Shown here piece after piece: positions 24,880-36,012 of a stretch of DNA of 64,000 nt. The notes under the pieces were generated by a model, which ran no database searches, had not been told where the DNA came from, and worked only from the letters and a program-made list of their open reading frames with translations. Made by a program: the position numbers and the translations under genes. Position 1 is the first letter of the stretch. Each line of letters begins with the position of its first letter. Location of the stretch: the NCBI GenBank assembly GCA_036785375.1, contig JAWMAR010000666.1, forward strand, positions 620,001 to 684,000, in the 5' to 3' direction. This DNA is from Leucoraja ocellata. Taxonomy: Eukaryota.

Positions 24880-25348
24880 ACAAACTTCGTACAAACAACA
24901 TCCGTAGTCAGGATCGAACCCGGGTCTCTGTGAGGCAGCAACTGGGGTGGGAGATTGCAATCTTCACGTGGTCCGCCCTGTTTCGACCAATGCAATGACT
25001 CCGGCGTGCACAATCAAATAAGATCAAATAGAACTAGTTGTCCTACAACTTTAATGCCCCTGTCCCACTTAGGAGATCTGAACGGAAACCTCTGGAGACT
25101 TTGCGCCCCACTCAAGGTTTCCGTGCGGTTCCCGGAGGTTGCAGTTGGCTGCCGGAGGTTGCAGGTAGTGGAAGCAGGTAGGGTGACTGACAAAACCCCC
25201 CGGGAACCGCACGGAAACCTTGGGTAGGGCGCAAAGTCTCCAGAGGTTTCCGTTCAGGTTTCCTAAGTGGGACAGGGACATTAGGCTGTGCATGCCATTC
25301 GCAAGAAGAAGAAGGCAGTAGCTTTGCCGTTGCGCCACCGTGCCGCCC
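24660..25348 (-). mobile_element. tRNA-derived SINE interrupted by a small (AAG)n-tailed element that itself contains a MITE
   Basis: SINE head split at aggcagcaact / aggcagtagct; B-box GGTTCGATCC on the - strand. Confidence 0.7.
25054..25281. mobile_element. MITE with about 85-bp terminal inverted repeats (PIF/Harbinger-like ends)
   Basis: atgcccctgtcccacttagg...cctaagtgggacagggacat, flanked by a TA duplication. Confidence 0.85.
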
Positions 25349-26818
25349 AGTTCACTGCGCTTGTCCTTATCAGTACCAGGGAGTGGCGGGGAACGGATAT
25401 TTTAGACTGTGAACTCTCAGTCAAACACAACAACCCGCTGTATTCCATTTTCCACTTCTTTGCCCACTCTCCCAACCTGTCCACGTCATTCTGCAGCCTC
25501 CATGCTTCCTCTACACAACAGCCCCCTCCACCTCTTTTCATCCCGTCTGCAAATTTGTCCACAAAGTCACCAATTCTCCCATCCAGACCATTAACACATG
25601 AAGCCCCTACACCAACCCCCGTGGAACACCACTATTCACCAGCAGCCAACCAGAAATGTCCCCCCTTTATTCTCACTCGTTGAATCTGCCCGTCAACCAA
25701 TCTACTATCCATGCTGGAACCTTGCTTCAAATACTAGGAGCTCCAATCCTGTTTAGCAGCCTCGCGTGTGGCACATTATCAAAATCCTTCTGATAATCCA
25801 AGTAAATAACATCCACTGACTTCTTTGTCGACTCTCCTGTTTTGGTGATTCTTTAACGACACACCATGAGACAGTTTAATGGCATTAATACAGAGTTGCA
25901 CATAACTTCAGATGGTTCTAATGTCCACATTGGTCAGTATGGCCACAGTTATAGGAAACAAGTTAAAAGTATAGAAATGTCCCTACCTTATTCCCAACTT
26001 TGGTTGTTCATCGTCTCACTGCCTCCCCACAGTCCTGTGATTGTTAATGTGCAGTAAAAGCCCTTTGGACTCCTTTGGATTCCTTTATGATTTCAGCCTG
26101 AATCTTTATCAGTTCTCTTTAATAAAAGGAACAATCCAGACTTTGGACCATCACTGCCCAGAAAAGGTGCGACGTGTTGTTTTTGCTGTTGAGAGGTTGC
26201 ATATTTACGAAGAGTATTAGTGTGGAACATTTATCTGGTTTCAAACTCAAAGGAAGGCATGTTTCATGGGAGCAGATGTCAGGTTAGAGCAGCCAGTGAA
26301 AGGAGTCACGTTGACCAGAAACTCAGGACGGTACTGAACCAGTTGCCCAACGCAGGCTGTCTCAAACAGCAATCCATCCGGTACCTCACCCACAAACCTT
26401 TTCTGTAACAGGCGAATCGTTTTTTTCTTCAGCCGTTTATTCTGTGCATCTCAATATCCCAACTTTTACCAACATTGACCAAATTGTCTGGATGTTGTTT
26501 GTCAAATAATTTTCCTTCCAAATCTTGGAATGTTAAATTAAAGCAACGCCGCCATTTTTAAAGACAAGCAACTTGGACATTTTTGCTGTGAGAAATTTTA
26601 ACAATGTTGTTTTGTTTTTCTGTTTCTTCTAAAGGACAACAATTTATTCTGTATATTCCGGTTAGTGGGGTGCATCTTACTCCACGGTCTGGGATAGCCT
26701 CGCGTGGTTTATATCATGTCCCCTTGTGAAAATGGACGCTATATCTTGACTTCTCACTGTCGCCCTGCACAATGCTTATCTCGAGGCGTTGACCACAGCA
26801 ATCTTCTTGCCTCTCCCT

Positions 26819-27033
26819 AAAGGAGGATAGTAAAAGCTTCTTTAGGTATGTGAAGAGGAAAACATTAGTTAAGACCAAAGTTGGACCTTTGCAGATCGAA
26901 AAAGGTGAATTTATTATGGGGAACAAGGAAATGGCAGATGAGTTGAACAGGTACTTTGGATCTGTCTTCACCAAGGAGGACACGAACAATCTTCCTGATA
27001 TAACAGTGGCCAGGGGATCTGGGGTGACGGAGG
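26819..27033 (+). mobile_element. Internal CR1 ORF2 fragment between 33-bp direct repeats
   Basis: KEDSKSFFRYVKRKTLVKTKVGPL...; flanks 26783-26815 and 27030-27062. Confidence 0.85.
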
Positions 27034-27473
27034 CGTTGACCACAGCAATCTTCCTGCCTCTCTCCTCGCCTCCATTTCTCTACTGGAACTGTAAACGTAG
27101 GCTCAATGCACAATAGATCATAGAACACAGAACAACAGAGGAACGTGACCCTCGGCCCACAATGTCTGTGCCAAACACGATGCAGAGACCAATGCTTAAT
27201 TATTGTCACACAATCCACCACCCTCCACTCCCTGCATTAACGTTGTGTAATGTTCTGAATGTTCTGAAACTCAAGAGCAGTTTGCAAACTACACTAGTGT
27301 TTAATGATAGTATTTTGCAAAAACAAACATAAAACACTAAGGAGAAAACTCTGGTAAAAAAACGATCAGCCTCGAACGTATGCATATTGTTGGACACACG
27401 CCTTCTGTATTTGTCTGAAGTTGTACCCTGTGGCGTTTTGCCAATAATTTATTTTATATTACCTGATAAAACA

Positions 27474-28308
27474 GTATTTGAACCTGACGGTGTGGGAATT
27501 CAGGCTTCTACACGTCCTACCCGACGTTAGCAGTGAGACAAGGGCACGGCCTGGACACTGTGGATTCTTGTTGACAGAAGTCGAGTGAGGACATTCCCAG
27601 AGTGGCTTCAGTTGGTACAGCAGGGGAGCTGAGGGGAAGGTGACGGTCAATGTGTGGGGAAGATCGGTCAGTGGAAGATAGACACAAAATGCTGGAGTAA
27701 CTCAGCGGGACAGGTAGCATCTATGGAGAGAAGGAATAGGTGACGTTTATGGTCGAGACCTTTCTTCAGACTGATGTCGAGGGAGGGGATGGGACACAGA
27801 TAGAATGTAGGCGGGAACAGTAGGACTAGTAGGGGAACTTTCTAACACAAGATTATGTAATATCTCTCATACACAAGATCTGTACGTGGACTGAAGTGGT
27901 TGTTGCAATCATGAACGTTGCTCCCACAGTGTCCGGGGAATACTTTCCACAGCGAATGGGGGCATTTTACATTGTTTGACACTGTGATGTTATAGGGCAT
28001 AAAGAATATTCCCGGAGAGTTTCCAAATATCATTAATATGAAAATAAAATAATTCAGTTACTTCCATGCACCACGTGCCCAATGGAGAGACTTTAGATTG
28101 TACTTTCGAGATACAGCATGGAAACGGCCCCTTCAGCCCACCATGTCCGCGACGACCAGAGATCACCGTGTACACCAGCACGACCCTGCAGACTAGGGAG
28201 AATTTACACATTTTCATGATGCCAATTATCTACAAACCTGCACGTCTTTGGATTGTGGGAAAATACCGGAGCACTCGGAGAAACCACACGCGGTCGCGGG
28301 GAGAACGT
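27474..28308 (+). repeat. 835-bp local direct duplication, copy 2
   Basis: Near-identical to 24045-24879. Confidence 0.93.
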
Positions 28309-28760
28309 GACCGCGTGTTGTCTGAGACCTTGCATTTGGAAAAAAATAAGATTTCTCTTAATTGACAAACCAGAATTATTTGTTAGAATATGGTCTCCAT
28401 TTATTGAATTTTTAATAAAGTGAATTGGTTTACACAAAATCAGGATATAAACATGAGTTTGGGATTGGATGAATAGTTATACTCAACATCTTGTTATTGC
28501 AATTCCTTTTTCGTTTTCTTTTTCTGTCTATTAGTTTATAGTTTCTCTTATCTTTTTATCCCTTTATCTTTATTCTTTAAAAACAAATTAAAAGTGAAGC
28601 TATGTAAGAAATCTGTAATTATATTGTCGCTTACAGCTATTTGTATACATGCTTATAATAAAAATATATTAAACATAGAATGCATAGAGTTAGTTCATGG
28701 ACTTAATTTCAGTGCGGTAGTGCTACCCATTTAAACATTATCTCGATGTTCAGTTTCCAG

Positions 28761-29468
28761 GTGAAACCAAGGAAGGAATTCTTTCAACGATGTAGGGAGC
28801 AGGCTGCATCTTTGTGCTGTTGCTTGTTCATGCGGTGACCATGGGTAGGTAATGGCACCATCTACGCGACCATCACACACACCTTCCCGTGAATATTGTG
28901 CTACTTCACTGCCTCAGTCGATGTGTGGGATGAGTTCCGATTGTCAGTAGAGTCGCTGTTAACAAAGTCCTGGGTCAGATGGTCGTGGGTTCAAATCCCC
29001 CATTTGGAGCATTCGAGCGACAGAGATTGTGACTTTATTCTAATATGATTTTTGGAAGAATTGGCAACTGTAAAATGGAAATGTACCTGCTTTTGCTTAA
29101 CTACCACTCTACCCTCGAAAAGTTACACAAGTCGCCAACGTAAAAAGCTGAAGTTCCAGAGGAGTTCTCTGTGATTGTGCCGGACCATCCGGTGGTGGCC
29201 ATGGTGGGTGAAGATGCCCTATTGGAATGTCAGAAGGTACCAGATACATCACTGGACGCTCTGGAGGTCCGATGGTTTACATCGAGCCCGGGGTCACTGG
29301 TACATTTATACACCAGCGGCCAGGACGGAGCTGAGGTGCAGGACGAGGCTTATCGAGGGAGGACGGAACACTTTCGGGAAGAGTTTCCCGATGGAAATGC
29401 CTCGCTTAAACTGAAGAGGGTCAAAGTATCAGATGCTGGAATGTAAACGTGTTCCATCAGCATCCATC
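28761..29468 (+). pseudogene. BTN-like pseudogene: signal exon 28761-28844 and truncated IgV exon from 29160
   Basis: Leader M*GAGCIFVLLLVHAVTM-G|gtaggt (ATG 28790, TAG at codon 2); IgV EFSVIVPDHPVVAMVGEDALLEC...EVRWF...YRGRTEHFREEFPDGNASLKLKRVKVSDAGM*TC with TAA replacing the Tyr of DxGxYxC; cut off by repeat sequence. Confidence 0.88.
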
Positions 29469-29574
29469 TCAGCGGGACAGGCAGCATGTGTAGAGAGAAG
29501 GAATGGGTTGTAGCGAGTTCAAATGGGTAGAGTAAAATAGTTATTGTAAAAACAACATTTAAACCGCACGTTTA

Positions 29575-30430
29575 AGAAGGAACTGCAGATGCTGGAAAAT
29601 CAAAGGTAGACAAAAATGCTGGAGAAACTTAGCGGGTGAGGCAGCAGCATCTATGGAGCGAAGGAAACAGGCAACGTTTCGGGTCGAGACCCTTCCACAG
29701 ATTGATGTGAGGGTGGGGAGGGGGGGGGGGGGGGGAAGAAGAAAGGAAGAGGCGGGGACAGTAGGCTGAGGGAGAGCTGTGAAGAGGAGGAGAAAGCAGG
29801 GACTACCTGAAATTGGAGAAGTCAATGTTCATACCGCTGGGGTGTAAACTGCCCAAGCGAAATATGAGGTGCTGCTCCTCCAATTTATGGCGGGCCTCAC
29901 TCTGGCCATGGAGGAGGCCCAGGACACTAAGGTCAGGGATTGGGAATGGGAGGGGGAGTTGAAGTGCTGAGCCACCAGGACATCAGGTTTCGTTATTGCG
30001 AACCGAGTGGAGGTATTGGGCAAAGCGATCGCCAAGCCTACACTTGGTCTCACCGATGTAGAGCAGCTGACATCTATAGCAGAGGGTGCAACAGATGAGG
30101 TTGGAGGAGGTGCAGGTGAACATCTGTCGAACCTGGAAAGACTGCTTGGGTCCTTGAATGGAGTCAAGTGGGGAGGTAAAGTGATAAGTGTAGCATTTCT
30201 TGCAGTTGCAAGGGAAAGTGCCAGGAGAGGCGGTGGTTCGGGTGGGAAGGGACGAATTGACCAGGGAGTTCGGGAGGGAGCGGTCTCTGCGAAAAGCAGA
30301 CAGGGGAGGAGATGGGAAGATGTGGCCAGTGGTGGGATCCTGTTGGAGGTGGTGAAAATGTTGGAGGATTATTTGTCCTCACCTTCCACCCTACCATCCG
30401 TCACATACAACAAATAATCCTCCGACATGT
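29575..30430 (-). mobile_element. Penelope-like element fragment (GIY-YIG endonuclease + terminal repeat)
   Basis: Degenerate IGETKxRLGDRFA...PDVLVAQHFNSPSHSQ...EEQHLIFRLGSLHPSGMNIDFSNFR on the - strand. Confidence 0.85.
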
Positions 30431-31431
30431 GCAAAAAATAATTATTTTGATTATCTCGAGAGTGGATGTTTCTGGATTTTGAACAAATGTCTGTATAAAA
30501 CGGCCCCTGCCCGCGGCAGTGAGAAAGAGTAAAATTTATGGTAATTAAACATTCAATTCCTTACATTTGGCATAGAAATTCATGACAAAGTGAGATTTAA
30601 AAATCAGTTTATATTGTAAATTCCTGTGTGAATGGGATTAGTTTGTTGTTTGGACACTTTGGCTATTTAAAAATTATTTGTAGCCTTTTCTTAAGAATGG
30701 GATAGATGTTTAGATCTAGTAATTTAATTTAGATGAATTTAATTGATTTGATGACTGATGAATATGAATTTTTTGTTGGGTATTTACTATTCGTGTTAAT
30801 GTTACAATAATATTAAAGTTCTGATCTTGAGAATATTACATTTTTCAATTTTCAAGACAGTCTGGGCGTTTATTACTATTTCCGTCACAACGGGTAATTT
30901 TGTAATTAGCTTTTAGTGGTCTGAGAAACAACTACTGGAGTTTTCAACAGATCTTTATACAAAAGTTCGATATCCAGTATACAGGTTCTCCAGACACATC
31001 TGCCCACAACGGTGGTCAGCGCTGAACTAACGCGCGCAAGTGAAAAACCGCACAAAACAAGCAGCCCCTCCCGAATCATGCTACTTAATTAGGTCATTAA
31101 CTAATTATATACTTTAATTTCAGGCCATCCAAGTAAGGATGCTTGTTTCCAGAATGCTTCAATCTATAATAACTGAACATTTCACAGTTCTGTTAATTTT
31201 TAATAAAGTTATGGGCTTTTGATTGTCCTCGATCACAGCTTTTGTGTTAAGTGAATGGAAAAGCAATAGGGGACAAGATGCTAATTTCCCAGTATGAAAA
31301 TGGCCATAACTGTTTTAATACTTAAAATATGAAAGTGAATTAGGTGTCAAATTAAAGTCCTTTTTCAACTTTATATGATGGAATAAATGACAGGCTTGGT
31401 TTGTTTAATCTTAAAATGTTGTAACATTCCT
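30430..31431. mobile_element. AT-rich non-autonomous DNA transposon remnant (Kolobok-like right end)
   Basis: Ends ...aaaatgttgtaacattcct|aa; recognised by eye only. Confidence 0.4.
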
Positions 31432-31434
31432 AAT

Positions 31435-31635
31435 TTTTTTAATATATTTTTTAATCAAAAATATTTATTCAAATATGAAAATAGTATTTGCAATACAGTA
31501 AAACAAAACACCACGATAATACAAGACAAACAAATATGCTAAGCAGCTACTAAACAAGTATATTACAATCCTTGTCCAGGATACATTCAACCCCCACTCG
31601 GTGCCCAGCGGTCGCGGAAACTCCCTCAGGGTGAA
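31435..31635 (-). mobile_element. Tx1/L1-clade LINE 3' end
   Basis: Minus-strand TLREF-RDRWAP-GVECILDKDC-type C-terminus followed by an A-rich tail. Confidence 0.65.
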
Positions 31636-33099
31636 CATTCCTAATCTTTGGTAGGAATGAGGACCAAGACTGTCAGACACTTACCGGTATCCGCTGCTGC
31701 CGGTTGCATCGTTGTGTTGTCGGTGGAATGAATGGTGGAGCCGCAGATACCCGGCTGATGGAAGCGTCGCTATGTTGCTGCTTGTCTTGTCACAGCTCGT
31801 CCTCTCCCTCGGCGACTTGCAGGGGGGCCGGTGAAGGGGGTCGCTGCCGAACGCCTGGTCAAAGACAAGACGAGGCCGGTCACCGTCCATCAGCGACAAC
31901 ATTNNNNNNNNNNNNNNNNNNNNNNNNNNNNNNNNNNNNNNNNNNNNNNNNNNNNNNNNNNNNNNNNNNNNNNNNNNNNNNNNNNNNNNNNNNNNNNNNN
32001 NNNNNNNNNNNNNNNNNNNNNNNNNNNNNNNNNNNNNNNNNNNNNNNNNNNNNNNNNNNNNNNNNNNNNNNNNNNNNNNNNNNNNNNNNNNNNNNNNNNN
32101 NNNGTTCCCGAGTCACTGCCCCCCTCCTCCACTGACATCCCCCACCTCAAGACGCTGCCCTCTGCCATGCTATAGGATGCACCACCCACTGAAGCCGCCC
32201 ACATCCCCTGCATGAGGACACCCCACCCCCTTCTCATCAGTTCACGACAACCCCCGCCTGAAGCTGCCCTTGGCTGCATGACATTTACCACCCATAGGGC
32301 AGTGTCTTGAGCAGGGGGATGAGTCTGTGTATGTGTGTGTGATTGAGTCTGTGTGTGTGAATCTATGTGTGGGTCTTTGTGTGAATGTGTGTGTCATTGA
32401 GTTTGTGTGTGCGTGAATGAGTGTATGTATGTGTGAATATGTGTATGAGAATGTGTGTGCGTGTGAATATGTGTGTGTGAATATGTGTATGTGTGTGTGA
32501 ATATGTGCGTGTGTACGTGTGTGTGTCTGAATATGTGTGTGAGTGCGTGTGAATATATGTGTGAGTGTGTGTGAAATAATATAGTGTTTCGTAGTTCAGA
32601 GCTTATTTGTTAAGTTTAATAGCCTGATGGCTGTCAGGAAGAAGCTGTTCCTCAATGTAGATATTACCGTTTTCAGTTTACAAAAGTCGGACGTGACTCC
32701 AGAAGTCGGGCATCAGTCAGTCCACAAACCGTGAGAGTCAGTCAGTCTAAAGGGCATGAGTTAATCCCAAGGCAGTGAGTGAGTCCACAGGTCATGAGTA
32801 AATCGCTCACTGTCCCCTCTCCTCCACTGACATCCCCCACCTCAAGATGCTGCCCTCCACCTGGCTATAGGATGCACCCCCTACTGAAGCCGCCCTCATC
32901 CCCTGCATGAGCCCCCCTTCTCATCAGCTCACGAGAACCCCCACCTGAAGCTGTGCCCCTCCCTTGGCTGCACAATGTTTACCACCCCCCACCCCACCCT
33001 GACAGCCCCCACCTCAAAAAAATGTTTTGCACAAAATCTTCAGTGTTCATTAACAACTGAAATTGTCTTTGGGCTGCTTTTTCAACATCATGTCAGGAA

Positions 33100-33378
33100 A
33101 TGTTAGAGGTCAAGGTGATGTGGCTATTGCTGTAGTATCCTCTAGGATAGCAGCTACATTTCTGCCTGGTGGAAGAACGACACATTCTCGATTCAGGATA
33201 CCCATCCAAGCAGCCGAGGATACATTGTGCAACATCGAGAAGAACTCTAAGACGGCACATTTCACGAGGCAAGTGAAAGTCATTGTTTGGGATGAATGTC
33301 CAATGATTAGGAGAGAATGCTTTGAAGTTGTGGACAGAACTCTTCCAGATGTCTTCAGCAACACCAAGCATTTTGGTG
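33100..33378 (+). pseudogene. Helitron RepHel PIF1-type helicase fragment
   Basis: IAVVSSRIAATFLPGGRTTHSRFRIP...VIVWDECPM...VDRTLPD...HFG (PIF1 motifs Ia, Ib, II). Confidence 0.9.
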
Positions 33379-34133
33379 CCCCCCTGCCAGTACAGGCCTC
33401 AGTGACTGAGCTGCCAGCCCTTAGTGACTGAGCTGCCAGCCCAAAAATCCATTCCACCCACAAACTCCATACTAGCCCTCTGGAAACCAGTACATTTGGC
33501 CCAACATACTAGCTCAACAGAAATATGAAGGGAAATGTCAAAGGTTTCCTGAAGGATGGAACATCGCCCAAGAATGTTGTCATTAATAGCGTGCTTCGTT
33601 GAATGATGACTTCTGAGATATTCTCAGATTTTCATTCTTAAAATCTGACCGCTGACTTTCTCTATATTAAAATTGTCTCTTTTTATCAACAGGAAATAGT
33701 CATCAAGAGGCAGCGAGCAGCAGAACACAACAAGACGCAACAAGACACAACAAGTAAAAACTTAATAAATCTCATCTTTCAAATTTAAATTGTTCTTATA
33801 TTTAAGAGTCATTCACATTTTAAACTTTATTAAAACTTTTTTGCACTTTTAATGTTGTGTGTTCTTCATCACAATAGAACATAATCTGTGGGAGAGCCGC
33901 TAAGAGTGCATGGGGGGGAGGTTGTGGGGAGATGCACTGAATGTGTGGGTGTGAGGGGAATGGCAAGGAGCAGAGTGGGGGGTGGGGGGGGGTTGAAGGT
34001 AGGTGGGGTGACTGAGTGAACTGCCAGCGTACCAGGCGTCAGCGACTGCACTGCCAGCCCACGAGCCGTGTGTTAGTGAACTGCCAGCGTACCAGGCGTG
34101 AGTGACTGCACTGCCAGCCCACGAGCCGTGAGT

Positions 34134-34468
34134 TAGAAACATAGAAATTAGGTGCAGGAGTAGGCTATTCGGCCCTTCGAGCCTGCACCGCCATTCAATA
34201 TGATCATGGCTGATCATCAACTCAGTATCCCGTACCTGCCTTCTCTCCATACCCTCTGATCCCCTTAGCCACAAGGGCCACATCTAACTCCCTCTTAAAT
34301 ATAGCCAATGAACTGGCCTCAACTACCCTCTGTGGCAGAGAGTTCCAGAGATTCACCACTCTCTGTGTGAAAAAAGTTCTTCTCATCTCGGTTTTAAAGG
34401 ATTTCCCCCTTATCCTTAAGCTGTGACCCCTTGTCCTGGACTTCCCCAACATCGGGAACAATCTTCCT
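34134..34468 (-). mobile_element. Young CR1 3' fragment inserted in the Helitron
   Basis: Near-identical to 9825-10158; flanked by a (T)GAGTTAG duplication. Confidence 0.9.
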
Positions 34469-35019
34469 GAGTTAGTGCACTGCCAACCCACCAGCTGTAA
34501 GTGACTGAACTTCCAGCCCAATAACCCATTCAGTCCACCCTCTTCCCCCTTCCCCCTTCCCTATTACAGTCTGTCACCTGTTTTGGGCAGAATTTCTGGC
34601 AGTTTCCCAGCCGCCAGCCTGCCAGGTCCGAGTAATTGTACTGCCTGCCCTCAGTGACTGAGCTGCCAGCCCTCAGTGACTGCTGCCAGCCCAAAAATCC
34701 ATTTGGCCCACAAACTCCATACTAGCCCTCTGGAAACCAGTACCTTCTGCCCACAACACTCATACTAGCGCAACAGAAAGCCCCCCCCCCCCCCCACCCC
34801 ACTGGCCAGCAATATTGGAATTGGTGGAGAGGAGGAATATTGTCTCCAGCCCTCCCGTGTGATGCTGGGACCCAACGGGTCCCACTCAGTCTAGTACCAT
34901 TATATAAATATATACACACATGAATAAATAAACTGATAAAGTGCAAATAACAGATCATGGGCCATTAATGTTCAGTTTTGTCCGAGCCAGGTTTAATAGC
35001 CTGATGGCTGTGGGGAAGT

Positions 35020-35305
35020 AGTTTAGTTTAGTTTAGAGATACAGCGCAGAAATAGGCCCTTTGGCCCATCGACCAGCGATCCCCGCACACTAACCCCCTT
35101 AAGGGACAATTTTTACATTTACCGAGCCAATTAACCTACAAACCTGTACTGCTTTGGAGTGTGGAAGGAAACCGAAGATCTCGGAGAAAACCCACGCAGA
35201 TCACGGGGAGAACGTGCAAACTCCGTACAGACAGCACCCGTAGTCGGGATGGAACCTGCGTCTCCGCCGCTGTAAGGCAGCAACTCTACCGCTGCGCCAC
35301 CGTGA
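35020..35305 (-). mobile_element. tRNA-derived SINE
   Basis: A-box TGGCGCAGCGG and B-box GGTTCCATCC on the - strand; (CTAAA)n tail. Confidence 0.8.
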
Positions 35306-35465
35306 GCACCACTGTAATCCTGAGGGGTAACTTTTTCACACAAAGGTGGTGGGTGTATGGAACAAGCTGCCAGAGGAGGTAGTTCAGGCTGATACCAGAA
35401 CAAAATGTAAAATCCGTTTACACAGATACATGGATAGGAAAGCTTTAGAGGGATATGGACCAAAA

Positions 35466-36012
35466 TATAGAAACATAAACAATAGGTGCAGGAGTAGAGG
35501 CCATTCGGCCCTTCGAGCCAGCACCACCATTCAATGTGATCATGGCTGATCATCCACAATCAGTACCCCGTTCCTGCCTTCTCCCCATATCCCCTGACTC
35601 CGCTATTTTTAAGAGCCCTATCTAGCTCTCTCTTGAAAGCATCCAGTGAACCCACCTCTACTGCCCTCTGAGGCAGAGAATTCCACAGACTCACCACTCT
35701 CTGTGAGAAAAAGTGTTTCCTCGTCTCTGTTCTAAATGGCTTATTCCTTATTCTTAAACTGTGGCCCCTGGTTCTGGACTCCCCCAACATCGGGAACATG
35801 TTTCCTGCCTCTAGCGTGTCCAAGCCCTTAACAATCTTATATGTTTCAATGAGATACCCTCTCATCCTTCTAAACTCCAGAGTGTACAAGCCCAGCTGCT
35901 CCATTCTCTCAGCATATGACAGTCCCGCCATCCCGGGAATTAACCTTGGAAACCTACGCTGCGCTCCCTCAATATCAAGAATGTCCTTCCTCAAATTAGG
36001 GGACCAAAACTG
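35466..36012 (-). mobile_element. CR1 3' fragment
   Basis: ORF 35560-36090 C-terminal part QFWSPNLRKD...GYGEKAGTGY. Confidence 0.9.

Larger units (their letters stand above)
32104..34894 (+). mobile_element. Non-autonomous Helitron carrying a PIF1 helicase fragment (5' boundary uncertain, next to a gap)
   Basis: 3' hairpin TGGGACCC-AAC-GGGTCCCA (34866-34884), then CTAG|T at 34891-34895; internal tandem repeats; helicase fragment. Confidence 0.75.
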
